A stretch of DNA of 64,000 bases from Bacilli bacterium (GTDB lineage: Bacteria > Bacillota_I > Bacilli_A > RF39 > UBA660), in NCBI GenBank assembly GCA_017513865.1, contig JAFWMN010000006.1:2857-66856 (forward strand), given 5' to 3'. The notes under the pieces are model-generated. The model was not told where the DNA came from. It saw nothing but the letters and a program-made list of their open reading frames with translations, and ran no database searches. This document shows, piece by piece, positions 16,904 through 27,270 of this stretch. A program made the translations under genes and the position numbers. Position 1 is the first letter of the stretch; the number at the start of each line of letters is the position of its first letter.

Positions 16904-18760
16904 TTATCTAATTTTACTACCACCCTGTTCTCTATGTGTTTTTAAACAATCATCACTGCTCATGAGGCTAGTATATAAATTTGGCTTAGATAATGGTATG
17001 ATTTTAGGTGTTTTGTTTTGCTCATCTTCTTCTTGCAATTTTGAATCAGATGTTACTTCAGCACAAATTTGTTCAAATAATAACTGATTGTCTAAGAGCA
17101 GTGCCTGTAACTTCTCACTATCTGTAAGATTAATTGTTTTTTGATAATCACTTTTTATATCAGATATACGATGCTTCATAAATAATCTTATGGCATTTTC
17201 ATTTGCACTTTTTTTTACCGCTGCTCCTACAATATAAACCAGATTGTTTGGAAACATGTAAGCATAAATTCGCTCTCCTTCGCTACCTTTAATTTTAAAT
17301 AAGAAATTATTTAAATGAGGCTTATGTGCGTAACCACTATCTATAAATCCTTGTAATAATTTTAAAATTTTTATACGACTATCACGCTTTATATATTTTA
17401 AATCAGATAAAAAGCATGTCTCACCATTAGCTGTTTTTCCAAAAATTATTTTTGGAATTTTGTTTTCGTTATCCATATAATTTTGGTCATTATTATCTTT
17501 TTCAGTTTTTGATTTTTCTTCTTTTTTCTCCAAATCACTTTCATTAACAAGGTCCTCTTCATATTCGTTGGTTGTGGTTTCTTTTAACGAAGCATCAGTT
17601 TCTTTATACCTTTCAAGTCTTTGTTGTAATTTTTCTTTTTTTTCTGTAAACATACTTATATATCTAAGTTGTGTAGCATTTTTATTAAATGCATTAGTAT
17701 TCATGATAACTTTGCAATATTTTTCAATTCTATTAAATACACCTCGATCAAACGGTATATTTACGTCATTAACAACCGAACAATGTTTTAAATATATACA
17801 CAAATTCAAATAAACATTTCTAAATATTACTTTTGCATCGAGTGTTAATTCTTTTATTTGATTTATTTCTTCTAGTTTATTTAGTAATACCTCAAATTCG
17901 TCTTTGTTAAAATCATTTTTCATGTAAAATTTTCCTATTATATCGAGCGATTCAATAGCCTTCCTAACACCACTTTTAGGCTTATAAAACGAATAAATAT
18001 CGCTTCTTATTTGATGTTCTAATCGCGATTCTGTATAATCTTGTTCTGCATTTAATGGTGGAAACAATGTTGTCATAACATTTTTTAAACCACCTGACAT
18101 TTCTATTAAAAAATCAATGTCAGCCACTTGCACTTTTCTTATGCCACTACGCATTGCTGCATATCTAAAATCTGAAAAAGCTGTTTTGTTTTTATCTAAT
18201 GAATCAAGCAATTGTTGTGGTAATAGTAAATTTCCACCTTGATCTTGATTAATAATATCATCAGTTAAAATTCCCACATCAATCCAATTAAAAGAAGAAT
18301 CACCATCGTATGATAAAAATTCATGATTAATTAATGTAGAAAATATTGGATTTTGCAATTGATAATATGCGAACAGGTCATGCCCGCCAGTTGATCTTTC
18401 TCCTGTAGTCAAAGACAATGAAATATTTTTCCTAAAATCGTGAGACGGTAATATCGATGCTTGTATTTTTTCTGGCCTCGCTATAAATTGATCTGCTATT
18501 TCTTCAATTTCTTCTACACTTTTAGCAGAGCGCAAAGGGGAATATTTTATCATATCATGATACATAATTGGTGCTTTAAAAAAGTGTTCACAAGCAACAG
18601 CATAGTTAGATGCTGCTGTATCATCTCTCGATGTTTCATCGATATCACGATCAAACCCATCACTTTGAGACATTTCAGCAAACTTTCTTGCCATAATTCC
18701 GGAATTAACATAACGTGTAGCAGCTTCCCTAAAAACTTTTTCTAAATTTATTTCACTCAT
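16904..18760 (-). CDS. Large uncharacterised protein (about 618 aa): N-terminal about 430-aa unknown region, acidic linker, C-terminal Gp49/HigB-like RelE-fold domain
   Basis: C-terminal RIKILKLLQGFIDSG...FKIKGSEGERIYAYMFPNNLVYIVGAAVKKS resembles the Gp49/DUF891 HigB pattern. Start moved to the internal ATG with GGAGG RBS (18760) to remove overlap with yggS. Visibly higher GC than its neighbours. Confidence 0.4.
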   Translation of the reverse strand: MSEINLEKVFREAATRYVNSGIMARKFAEMSQSDGFDRDIDETSRDDTAASNYAVACEHFFKAPIMYHDMIKYSPLRSAKSVEEIEEIADQFIARPEKIQASILPSHDFRKNISLSLTTGERSTGGHDLFAYYQLQNPIFSTLINHEFLSYDGDSSFNWIDVGILTDDIINQDQGGNLLLPQQLLDSLDKNKTAFSDFRYAAMRSGIRKVQVADIDFLIEMSGGLKNVMTTLFPPLNAEQDYTESRLEHQIRSDIYSFYKPKSGVRKAIESLDIIGKFYMKNDFNKDEFEVLLNKLEEINQIKELTLDAKVIFRNVYLNLCIYLKHCSVVNDVNIPFDRGVFNRIEKYCKVIMNTNAFNKNATQLRYISMFTEKKEKLQQRLERYKETDASLKETTTNEYEEDLVNESDLEKKEEKSKTEKDNNDQNYMDNENKIPKIIFGKTANGETCFLSDLKYIKRDSRIKILKLLQGFIDSGYAHKPHLNNFLFKIKGSEGERIYAYMFPNNLVYIVGAAVKKSANENAIRLFMKHRISDIKSDYQKTINLTDSEKLQALLLDNQLLFEQICAEVTSDSKLQEEDEQNKTPKIIPLSKPNLYTSLMSSDDCLKTHREQGGSKIR

Positions 18761-18797
18761 AATATGCCTCCAAACATTATCATACACCTCTTTATAA

Positions 18798-19445
18798 TTA
18801 TAACATATTATTTTTATATCTTCTTTCCCCAAATATTTTAGTACCTATTCTTATTATATTGGTTCCTTCTTCTAGGGCTATTTTATAATCATTACTCATG
18901 CCCATTGATAGTAGTTGTAGATTATATTTATTTTTTAACTCTTTCATTTCTTTAAATGATTTTTTTATTATTTTTGTGTTATTTGTGTTAGGAGCTATAG
19001 CCATTAATCCTTTTAAATTAATGTTTGAAAGTTTTTTTATTTCTTTTATTATGGTTTCTAATTCTTCTTTTTTAATTCCGGTTTTGTTTGGATCATTGGC
19101 TATATTGATTTCTATTAATATGTTTATTTTTTTATTATTTTTGATAGCTTCTTTATTGATTTCTTTAGCTAATTTAATAGAGTCTACTGATTCTATTAAA
19201 TATATATTTCTTTTAATAAGTTCTTTTACTTTGTTTGTTTGTAGATGTCCTATCATGTGCCAATTAATATCTTTTGGGAGACTATCCATTTTAGTTATTA
19301 ATTCTTTTACATAGTTTTCACCAAAGTCTTTAATACCTAGATTATAAGCCTTTAATATTTCTTCATTACTTCTTGTTTTTGATACGGCTACTAAGGTAAT
19401 ATTATTACCTATTTCCCTTTTTATTTCTTCTATTTTTTCTTTCAT
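18798..19445 (-). CDS. yggS: YggS-family pyridoxal-phosphate homeostasis protein
   Basis: TLVAVSKTRS...IGHLQTNKVK...NLKGLMAIAP... conserved YggS/PROSC motifs. Confidence 0.85.
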   Translation of the reverse strand: MKEKIEEIKREIGNNITLVAVSKTRSNEEILKAYNLGIKDFGENYVKELITKMDSLPKDINWHMIGHLQTNKVKELIKRNIYLIESVDSIKLAKEINKEAIKNNKKINILIEINIANDPNKTGIKKEELETIIKEIKKLSNINLKGLMAIAPNTNNTKIIKKSFKEMKELKNKYNLQLLSMGMSNDYKIALEEGTNIIRIGTKIFGERRYKNNML

Positions 19446-20164
19446 TTTATTTTCTCCATTAATGTTTTAGATATTTTAGCTAAATTATCATTAATAACTA
19501 GGTAAGCTCTACTATCATATGGGGTTTTATCATTATTTATTATTACTAGGTATTTACCATTAAAGTAATCTATCATACTGTTTGCCGGAAAAACGGTTAA
19601 GGATGTTCCTAGGACTAATAATAAATCTGACTTAGTAATGGCTTTTATACTTTCTTGATATTCTTTTTCTGGTAAGCTTTCACCATATAAAACAACATCT
19701 GGTTTTATTAGGCCACCACAATCACAAATCGGGATATTTTTTTCATTAAATACTTTTGCTGGGCCATATTCTTTATGACATTTAAGGCAGTGATTTTTAT
19801 ATATAGTCCCGTGTATTTCATAGACCTTTTTGCTACCTGCTTTAGTATGAAGTCCATCAATGTTTTGAGTAATTACAGCTTTTAATTTACCTATATCTTC
19901 TAGTTTTTTTATAAATTTATGGGTATCATTTGGTTTTATATTTAAGCAGTTAAAGTTTTCTTTATAATATTTATAAAACTCTTCTGTTTCATCATAAAAG
20001 CATACATCACTTAGCATATATTCAGCTAATTGTCCTTGCTTATATAGTCCGTCTTTGCTTCTAAAATCTTTAAGACCACTATCTGTTGATACTCCGGCTC
20101 CAGTAAAGACTACAATATTATTTGATTTTTCTATTATTTCTTTTAGTTTTTCTATTTTTTCCAT
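19442..20164 (-). CDS. cobB: NAD-dependent protein deacylase (Sir2/CobB family)
   Basis: GAGVSTDSGLKDFR, QNIDGLH, Zn ribbon CxxC...CxxC (CLKCHKEY...CDCGG). Confidence 0.85.
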   Translation of the reverse strand: MEKIEKLKEIIEKSNNIVVFTGAGVSTDSGLKDFRSKDGLYKQGQLAEYMLSDVCFYDETEEFYKYYKENFNCLNIKPNDTHKFIKKLEDIGKLKAVITQNIDGLHTKAGSKKVYEIHGTIYKNHCLKCHKEYGPAKVFNEKNIPICDCGGLIKPDVVLYGESLPEKEYQESIKAITKSDLLLVLGTSLTVFPANSMIDYFNGKYLVIINNDKTPYDSRAYLVINDNLAKISKTLMEKIK

Positions 20165-20259
20165 ATTTCATCACTATTATTATTTTAGCACATTTTTCTA
20201 TAAGGATTGCTTATTATCTTTATTTGTGCTAAGATAAAGGGCAAATACTGGAGGTATAT

Positions 20260-21003
20260 ATGGCATTTTTTAAGAAGAACGATAAAAAAATGGCAAGTAA
20301 TTCAGATGTTAAATTAGTTGAAAAATTACTTGCAGAAATCATGGATGGTCCACTTGCCACTATAGATTTTAAAATAGTTTCCCCAAATATTTTTGATGGT
20401 TATGAAACCAGTACATATGAGGATGATGTTCTTATATTATCTAGGAATAAGGCCCCTTACGGGAAGGCAAATTATGGGGCATCATGGAACATAGAACTTA
20501 AAAATCATGGGACTGTTTATGACGGTGTTAATGCTTATGATTTAGAATTATGGTATGATCATTTAGTAGGTATTTACAGTAAATCAATTGAAGTAAAAAA
20601 AAGAAAAGTAAATTTAAAACATAAGGTAATACATATTTGTGATTATGTTGAGTCAGGCTATTCTGACGGAATTATTTCAGTTGAATATGAGAAGAGTGTT
20701 AAGAAAAATTTTGATGAAACAAAATCTTTTGATTTATATACCTGTAAAATATTTTTAATTCCTCTTGGCGAATATGTTTATGTAACAGATATGATTAATC
20801 ATGAGCTTCCAGAAATTGCCAGAGTAGGAAAATGGGTTGATTATGTTTCAGGGCTAGTTGATAAATTTGAAGCTGAAAAACGTGCTGAAAAAGAAGCTTT
20901 GTACGCTAGAAGAAAAGCTGAACTTGAAATACAAAAAACTTTGAAAAAAATAAAAGATCAAAGTAAACAGCGCCCTATTGATGACTCACATTTATTTAAT
21001 TGA
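20260..21003 (+). CDS. Hypothetical protein
   Basis: ORF with RBS (GGAGG); no recognised motif. Confidence 0.45.
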   Translation: MAFFKKNDKKMASNSDVKLVEKLLAEIMDGPLATIDFKIVSPNIFDGYETSTYEDDVLILSRNKAPYGKANYGASWNIELKNHGTVYDGVNAYDLELWYDHLVGIYSKSIEVKKRKVNLKHKVIHICDYVESGYSDGIISVEYEKSVKKNFDETKSFDLYTCKIFLIPLGEYVYVTDMINHELPEIARVGKWVDYVSGLVDKFEAEKRAEKEALYARRKAELEIQKTLKKIKDQSKQRPIDDSHLFN

Positions 21004-21056
21004 CCTTTTTAAGGTCTTTTTTATTGACTATAGTAATCTTATATACTAAAATGTAG

Positions 21057-21335
21057 ATGGTGAGGAGTATGAAGCGGGTAGTAATCTTTTTGACTTTGGT
21101 TTTACTCGGATTTTGTATTTATTTAACTTACTCTAGTTATACTAAATATCAAAAGTTTTTAAATGTTAGTGGTAGTAAACAAAAGTTGGAAAAAATAAAT
21201 GTTAAAATTAAAAAAGTGGATGAACAAATAAAGGAAAAAGAAGCAGAAATTAAAAAATTAGAAGAAAGTAACAAAGAAAAAACCTCTTTACTAGAAGTAT
21301 GGCAAAAAGAAGCAGAAAAATTAAAAAATTCGTAG
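21057..21335 (+). CDS. Small membrane-anchored coiled-coil protein
   Basis: N-terminal TM helix followed by KE-rich coiled coil; overlaps the next gene start. Confidence 0.35.
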   Translation: MVRSMKRVVIFLTLVLLGFCIYLTYSSYTKYQKFLNVSGSKQKLEKINVKIKKVDEQIKEKEAEIKKLEESNKEKTSLLEVWQKEAEKLKNS

Positions 21336-22237
21336 TATTTGAACTTATATTTCTTTTTCTTATAATTATTTGTTTAGGATTATATTTTTATTTTGAAAAC
21401 GAAACTAAAACTAACAAAAAGATTTATTATGACTTAAAAAACGAAGTTAAAACTAAAAATAAAGAACTTGATGAACGTAATTCTAAATTATCTTTATTAG
21501 ATGAAAAAATAGAAACTTATAAAGATATTGATAATAGTATTAATAAAATTAGAAGTGATTATTTTAAAGCTATTAAAGATTTAGAAGATAAAATCATCAG
21601 TGGTCAAAGTAATAAAAAAATAGCTTATATGACTTTTGATGATGGTCCTTATTTTAACACTTATAAAGTACTTGATATTTTAGATAAATATAATGTCAAA
21701 GCTACCTTCTTTACAATATCGGCTAATGGCCAATACTGCCACGATAATAAAACTGAAGATTGTTTTAAATTATATAAAGAATATGTTAAAAGAGGGCATA
21801 CTATTGCTAATCACACTTATACTCACGCTATTTTTAAAGGTTTATACAGTAGTTCTGATTCTTTTATGGAAGCAATTATAAAGCAAGAAGAACATATTAA
21901 AGCTCAAACCGGTGGATATGTAACTAATATTACTCGTTTCCCTGGTGGTAGTGCTTCTGCCGGAAAATTAAAAAACGATATTATTGCTAAATTAAGAAAT
22001 AGAGGTTATGGCTGGGTTGATTGGAGTGCTGGCGATGGTGATGGTGGTGGTTTATCTTCTAATGAACAAGCATTTGCTAATTTCAAATCGACGATTAATG
22101 ATAGTATAGAGGTAATATTATTCCACGATTACAGCAAATATACCACGGCTATTTTACCTGATGTAATAAATTATTTAAAAGAAAATGAATATGAAATATA
22201 TCCACTATTTTACGAAAGTAATAAGATAAATAAATAA
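21299..22237 (+). CDS. Membrane-anchored polysaccharide deacetylase (NodB/CE4 domain)
   Basis: MTFDDGPY, HTIANHTYTH, ILFHD motifs; N-terminal TM plus coiled coil. Confidence 0.8.
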   Translation: MAKRSRKIKKFVVFELIFLFLIIICLGLYFYFENETKTNKKIYYDLKNEVKTKNKELDERNSKLSLLDEKIETYKDIDNSINKIRSDYFKAIKDLEDKIISGQSNKKIAYMTFDDGPYFNTYKVLDILDKYNVKATFFTISANGQYCHDNKTEDCFKLYKEYVKRGHTIANHTYTHAIFKGLYSSSDSFMEAIIKQEEHIKAQTGGYVTNITRFPGGSASAGKLKNDIIAKLRNRGYGWVDWSAGDGDGGGLSSNEQAFANFKSTINDSIEVILFHDYSKYTTAILPDVINYLKENEYEIYPLFYESNKINK

Positions 22238-22262
22238 GTCACGCTAGGCGTGACTTTTTATA
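22236..22262. terminator. Bidirectional rho-independent terminator
   Basis: AAGTCACGC-TAG-GCGTGACTT perfect 9-bp stem with TTTTTAT; lies between convergent genes. Confidence 0.6.
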
Positions 22263-22833
22263 TTTTACGGCTATGATTTTCAATAAAACGATCAACATCT
22301 TCCATTTCAGCATCATTTTGTGAGATGTTAGCAATTTGAGTCAATCTTGTTTCATTTTCTTTTTTAGCTTCTTTTTCTAAATTTGATAAAGTTTCAATTA
22401 TGTAATCTTGATTTTTTAAAGTGTCTTCTCTATATTGTTTTTTTACATCTTCCGTTAATGGTAAGGCTTTTTCGTCTAGATTACGAAGTCCTAAAGGATT
22501 TTCATTTATATATTCTACAGCCTTTTGGAAGCTTTGCATATTTTGTATATTATTTGCTGGATTGTTTTCATTTTCGGTATACTTACTGTAACTATCAGTT
22601 ACTTTATGACCAGAGATAAGTTCTAAGAACTGTGAATTTCCTAAATACTGTAATATTAAAAGATGGTCTTCCACATTTTCTTTTGGTGAAGCAACAAATG
22701 TTTCGTATGGGAATAATCCTTGCTGTTTTTTTTGCACTGCATACTCATCTGTTATAAGAAATATTCCTATTTGTGATAGTGGTACAGCGATATGTCCTCC
22801 TATTTTAATTTCTTTTATCATTTCATCATTCAT
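22258..22833 (-). CDS. Hypothetical protein
   Basis: ORF downstream of typA; no recognised motif. Confidence 0.45.
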   Translation of the reverse strand: MNDEMIKEIKIGGHIAVPLSQIGIFLITDEYAVQKKQQGLFPYETFVASPKENVEDHLLILQYLGNSQFLELISGHKVTDSYSKYTENENNPANNIQNMQSFQKAVEYINENPLGLRNLDEKALPLTEDVKKQYREDTLKNQDYIIETLSNLEKEAKKENETRLTQIANISQNDAEMEDVDRFIENHSRKI

Positions 22834-22881
22834 ATTGCATCCTCCGTTTTTATTATATCATAAAAAAATAGATTATTTAAA

Positions 22882-24708
22882 TTAATCTATTTTTCCCATG
22901 CTTTTCTTATTTTCATATTTTTTTCTTTCATTAGTGTTTAGTATTTTCTTACGCATTCTATAATTTAGTGGTGTTACTTCTACTAATTCATCTTCATTAA
23001 TATAATCTAGGCATACTTCTAAGCTCATTTCTCTTGGTCTTTTTAAAACTACCGTATGATCTTTATTCGCACTTCTTGTATTAGTCATTTGTTTTCCCTT
23101 AGTAACATTTACGGCTAAATCGTTTTCATGATTATTTTCACCAACGATCATGCCTTCATAAACTTCAGTTCCTGGTTCAACAAACATTACTCCCCTATCT
23201 TCTAAAGAACCTAAAGCATAAGCTGTTGCTTTACCGCTGTCTATTGATACTAGAACTCCTGCTTTTCTTTGACCGACATTTGTCGATACCATAGGTTCAT
23301 ACGAAGAAAATGTATGGTTTATTATTCCATATCCTTTAGTTAAGGTCATAAATTCGGTCATAAAACCGATTAAGCCTCTTGATGGCATTAAATAATTTAT
23401 TCTGGCACTACCTTCTTTTGTTTCCATATTTTGCATATTGCCACCGCGTAATCCTAGTTTTTCAATTACACTACCCATATATTCTTCTGGAACATCAATT
23501 TGAACTTCTTCAAATGGTTCATATTTTTTACCATCTATTTCTTTGATAATTATTTGTGGTTTAGATACTTCAAGCTCATAGCCTTCTCTTCGCATATTTT
23601 CAATTAAGATTGATAAGTGAAGTTCTCCTCTACCTGATACTATCCAAGATTCTGAATCTAACTGAGATACTTTTAATGATACATCTCTTTCAGTTTCTTT
23701 CATTAGTCTTTCTTCAATTTTTCTTGCTGTTACTAGTTTTCCATCTTTTCCATTAAATGGGGATGTATTAACACCAAAGGTCATTTGTAAAGTAGGCTCA
23801 TCAATTCTAAGTTTTGGTAGGGCTTCTTCTTTTCCTATTTCACAAACTGTTTCTCCAACAGATATATCTGGAAGGCCTGCTATAGCTACTATATCTCCAG
23901 CTTTAGCTTCAGTTACTTCTATTTTATTTAAGCCGAAATAGCCAAATATTTTTTGGATTCTAAATTGTTTAATACTTCCATCTAGTCTAACACAAGATAC
24001 CATACTGTTTAATTTTAATGTTCCTCTTTTAACTAATCCTACACCTATTCTTCCAACATAATCGTTATAGTCTAGTAAAGCTGGTTGGAATTGTAATGAC
24101 CCGTTTGGATTAACATTAGGTTCTGGAATATACTTTATAACAGTATCTAATATTGGTTCCATAGTTTTTTCTTGAGTATTTATGTCAGGATCATAACTTG
24201 ATGTTCCTTCGATTGCAGAAGCATAAATTACTGGAAATTCTAATTGTTCTAGGCTAGCACCTAGTTCAATAAATAAATCCATGACTTCATCGACAACCTC
24301 TTTTGGTCTAGCTGATTCTTTATCTATTTTATTAACGACAACTATTGGTACTACTCCGGCTTCTAAAGCTTTTTTAAGAACAAATCTTGTTTGCGGCATT
24401 GTTCCTTCATAAGCATCAACTACTAGTAATACACCATCAACCATGTTCATGATTCTTTCTACTTCGCCGCCAAAATCGGCATGACCAGGTGTATCTAAAA
24501 TGTTTATTCTATAACCTTTATAATCAATGGCTGTTGTCTTAGCTAAAATAGTAATTCCTCTTTCTCTTTCGATATCATTGGAATCTAAAGCTCTTATTTG
24601 AATTTCTTCATTTTCTCTAAAAGTTCCTGATTTTTTTAATAGTTCATCTACAAGGGTTGTTTTACCATGATCGACATGGGCGATTATCGCTATATTTCTT
24701 TGTTTCAT
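22882..24708 (-). CDS. typA: Ribosome-associated translational GTPase TypA/BipA
   Basis: NIAIIAHVDHGKTTL G1, DTPGHADF G3, NKID G4, EF-G-like C-terminal domains. Confidence 0.9.
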   Translation of the reverse strand: MKQRNIAIIAHVDHGKTTLVDELLKKSGTFRENEEIQIRALDSNDIERERGITILAKTTAIDYKGYRINILDTPGHADFGGEVERIMNMVDGVLLVVDAYEGTMPQTRFVLKKALEAGVVPIVVVNKIDKESARPKEVVDEVMDLFIELGASLEQLEFPVIYASAIEGTSSYDPDINTQEKTMEPILDTVIKYIPEPNVNPNGSLQFQPALLDYNDYVGRIGVGLVKRGTLKLNSMVSCVRLDGSIKQFRIQKIFGYFGLNKIEVTEAKAGDIVAIAGLPDISVGETVCEIGKEEALPKLRIDEPTLQMTFGVNTSPFNGKDGKLVTARKIEERLMKETERDVSLKVSQLDSESWIVSGRGELHLSILIENMRREGYELEVSKPQIIIKEIDGKKYEPFEEVQIDVPEEYMGSVIEKLGLRGGNMQNMETKEGSARINYLMPSRGLIGFMTEFMTLTKGYGIINHTFSSYEPMVSTNVGQRKAGVLVSIDSGKATAYALGSLEDRGVMFVEPGTEVYEGMIVGENNHENDLAVNVTKGKQMTNTRSANKDHTVVLKRPREMSLEVCLDYINEDELVEVTPLNYRMRKKILNTNERKKYENKKSMGKID

Positions 24709-24820
24709 ATAAGTCCCTCTTTTCGCACAGGGTTAATTATATCACTTATAAAATCAAATGACAAGATTATTTTATATAGAATTTATTTTATGAAAGTTAT
24801 ATAATATATATGGTGATGAT

Positions 24821-25438
24821 ATGAAAAAAATATATATCATATTAATATTATTTTTAATAGTTAATGTTTCTTCTGTTAAGGCTGAAGAAATAAAGTTTAA
24901 TAAATGTATTGATGGAGATACTATTAGTTTAAAAGTAAATGGTAAAGTCCGTAAAATGAGATTTTTAGCGGTAGATGCCCCCGAGATTAAACATGGAGAT
25001 GAGAGAGCTGAACCTTATGGCGATGAAGCAAAGATATATACTTGTATGAAATTAAAAACAGCGAAAGAAATTATTTTAGAATATGATAATAATAGTGATA
25101 AAAAAGATAAATATGGTAGGGATTTGGTTTGGGTTTTTACTGATGGTCAGTTACTTCAAGAAAAATTAGTAAAAAAAGGATTAGCTAAAGTAGATTATTT
25201 ATATGGTGATTATAAATATACTGACAAACTATTAATTGCAGAAAACTATGCGAAAAGAAAAAAAATAAATATATGGAGCAATTATAATTATGATCAATTT
25301 ATTATTCTATTTATTTTATTTATTATTATTTTGATTGTTTCTTTATTTAATAAAAAAACTAGAAGGAAAATTATTAATAGGATAAAGAAAAAAGTCTATA
25401 ATAAGACTTTTACAAAAATTAAAAAATTATTTAAATGA
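24821..25438 (+). CDS. Secreted/membrane-anchored thermonuclease (SNase-like)
   Basis: Signal peptide; DGDT...MRFLAVDAPE SNase motifs; C-terminal TM anchor. Confidence 0.75.
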   Translation: MKKIYIILILFLIVNVSSVKAEEIKFNKCIDGDTISLKVNGKVRKMRFLAVDAPEIKHGDERAEPYGDEAKIYTCMKLKTAKEIILEYDNNSDKKDKYGRDLVWVFTDGQLLQEKLVKKGLAKVDYLYGDYKYTDKLLIAENYAKRKKINIWSNYNYDQFIILFILFIIILIVSLFNKKTRRKIINRIKKKVYNKTFTKIKKLFK

Positions 25439-26029
25439 TTTTTTTAAAATATTTATATTTACAAATATTTTAATAAATCTAAATATTTGTTTTATTTCCC
25501 AAATAACAAAGGAACCTATATATAAGTCATTAATATAGCTTTCTTTTTTTGTGAAGTAATTTGATTTTACTATGGCTTTTTGTCTTCTAGTTAAAAGTTT
25601 TAATACATTTATATCTTCGAATGTTAGCATCTTACATCTTTTTTCTACTTCAGTACAGTTAAATAATTTGCATGTTAAATTTTGGGTGGTGCATCCTTTA
25701 GTACTTTGGTATAAACACCATCTGCAGCACCCATTTTTATAATCTTTTTTTAATTTTTGATGATTTATACATATGCCATTTTTAAATCCACAGATGTTTT
25801 TATATTTACAGTTGTCATCTATTTGACGGCACGCTGTGTCAAAAATGTATAATAGACGTTTTTTTCTGTTTTTGATGTTTAAGACATCAATTATTTCTTT
25901 TATTTTAAGTTTGTTTTCATTATGTGTGAAGGTAATATTTTTATAAAATAACGACCTATATAAGGGTATTTTTTTATAAAACTTATATAGGTCCTTTTCA
26001 TCTTTAATTTTTACTTCTTTTATCATTAA
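25427..26029 (-). CDS. Cysteine-rich hypothetical protein (possible metal-binding)
   Basis: Multiple C-x-C / CC clusters (CRQIDDNC, CGFKNGIC, GCCRWC). Start set at ATG with GGAGAAG RBS overlapping the NUDIX stop (TAATG). Confidence 0.4.
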   Translation of the reverse strand, partial: LMIKEVKIKDEKDLYKFYKKIPLYRSLFYKNITFTHNENKLKIKEIIDVLNIKNRKKRLLYIFDTACRQIDDNCKYKNICGFKNGICINHQKLKKDYKNGCCRWCLYQSTKGCTTQNLTCKLFNCTEVEKRCKMLTFEDINVLKLLTRRQKAIVKSNYFTKKESYINDLYIGSFVIWEIKQIFRFIKIFVNINILKKSFK

Positions 26030-26463
26030 TCTTCTCCAAGATATGTTCTTAAAATATAGTCCATGGTTATTTTTACATCTGGGAAAATTGGTAATCGATC
26101 TAGTTCGGCTCTTGTGAACCAACCGATTTCAATACTTTCATTATTTTTGTGTAATTCAGCATCTACATTATTAGGTACCCCCCAATAGATGATGTCAATA
26201 AATCTGGTACCATCTTTTTTACGATTGCACTGGATACCTAGGGGTCTTATTAAATCATCTTCTCTTGGAAAGTGTTCTCCTTTTAAAGTTATTTTAATCC
26301 CTGTTTCTTCATAGACTTCTCTGATAGCTGCTTCTTCAGGATTTTCTTCATCTTCGATGTGGCCTCCTGGTTGAACCCATTTATCATAATCACTATGTTT
26401 TACGAGTAATAGTGTTTTATTTTCTGGGTTTATAACAAAGGCTGATGCACAGTAATGTTTCAT
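26026..26463 (-). CDS. NUDIX hydrolase
   Basis: Nudix box GGHIEDEENPEEAAIREVYEETG. Confidence 0.8.
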   Translation of the reverse strand: MKHYCASAFVINPENKTLLLVKHSDYDKWVQPGGHIEDEENPEEAAIREVYEETGIKITLKGEHFPREDDLIRPLGIQCNRKKDGTRFIDIIYWGVPNNVDAELHKNNESIEIGWFTRAELDRLPIFPDVKITMDYILRTYLGED

Positions 26464-26505
26464 AATATCACCACTTTAAATTATAGCAAATATACAGTTA
26501 TAAAT

Positions 26506-27270
26506 CTAGTTTAGGACATTATAAGTATTGTCATTTACGTTTTTTCCGTAAACTTTTAAGTTATCTTCTAAATCTATAGTGGCTAAGGCGACGTCTTTTA
26601 ATTTGTATCCTTTTACCTTAAGTTCATGCATAAGCCATTTTTCTTTTTTTTGACTTTCTATTAGTGCTTTTTTATTTATATTTCCATCAATTATTAGATT
26701 TAAACATAGTCCTTTTTTGGTTAGGTTTATCTTTAAATCTTTATTGGTTGGTTTTTGATAATTTGGTTTTGCTAAAAAACTTATTTTGCCGTTTGCTTCC
26801 ATTAGGGCATAATCTATTTCTGATATATCAAAATACCCATTTATTCTAGCCTCTTCTAGTAAATCATTAATATCGAATTTAGATTTTTTTAAGCTATTAT
26901 ATAATATTTTTCCGTCTTTTATTAATATATTGGGATCGCCAATTATAAATTTTCTTATTTTTAAATTTTTCATCGTAATTGTCGATACTAAATAAGCTAC
27001 TACACCAAAGACGATAACAGCTATAGTGCCATGTAAGTATGATGATTCTAAATTAATAGCCATTTCAGCCGCAAAATTACCTATTGATATCCCAATTACG
27101 TAATCAAATAAACTAAATTGGGATACTTGTTTTTTACCAATCATTTTGGTTACAAAAAACAGGGTTATTATTGATACCAAACATCTTAAAATAACATCTA
27201 ATAGGTCAATTATTTCCTTTTGCATATTATCACCATTTTTATTATGCATATAAAAAAAGTAATTATTCAT
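26506..27270 (-). CDS. DUF421 (YetF-like) membrane protein
   Basis: Two N-terminal TM helices plus conserved YetF-like C-terminal region. Confidence 0.6.
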   Translation of the reverse strand: MNNYFFYMHNKNGDNMQKEIIDLLDVILRCLVSIITLFFVTKMIGKKQVSQFSLFDYVIGISIGNFAAEMAINLESSYLHGTIAVIVFGVVAYLVSTITMKNLKIRKFIIGDPNILIKDGKILYNSLKKSKFDINDLLEEARINGYFDISEIDYALMEANGKISFLAKPNYQKPTNKDLKINLTKKGLCLNLIIDGNINKKALIESQKKEKWLMHELKVKGYKLKDVALATIDLEDNLKVYGKNVNDNTYNVLN

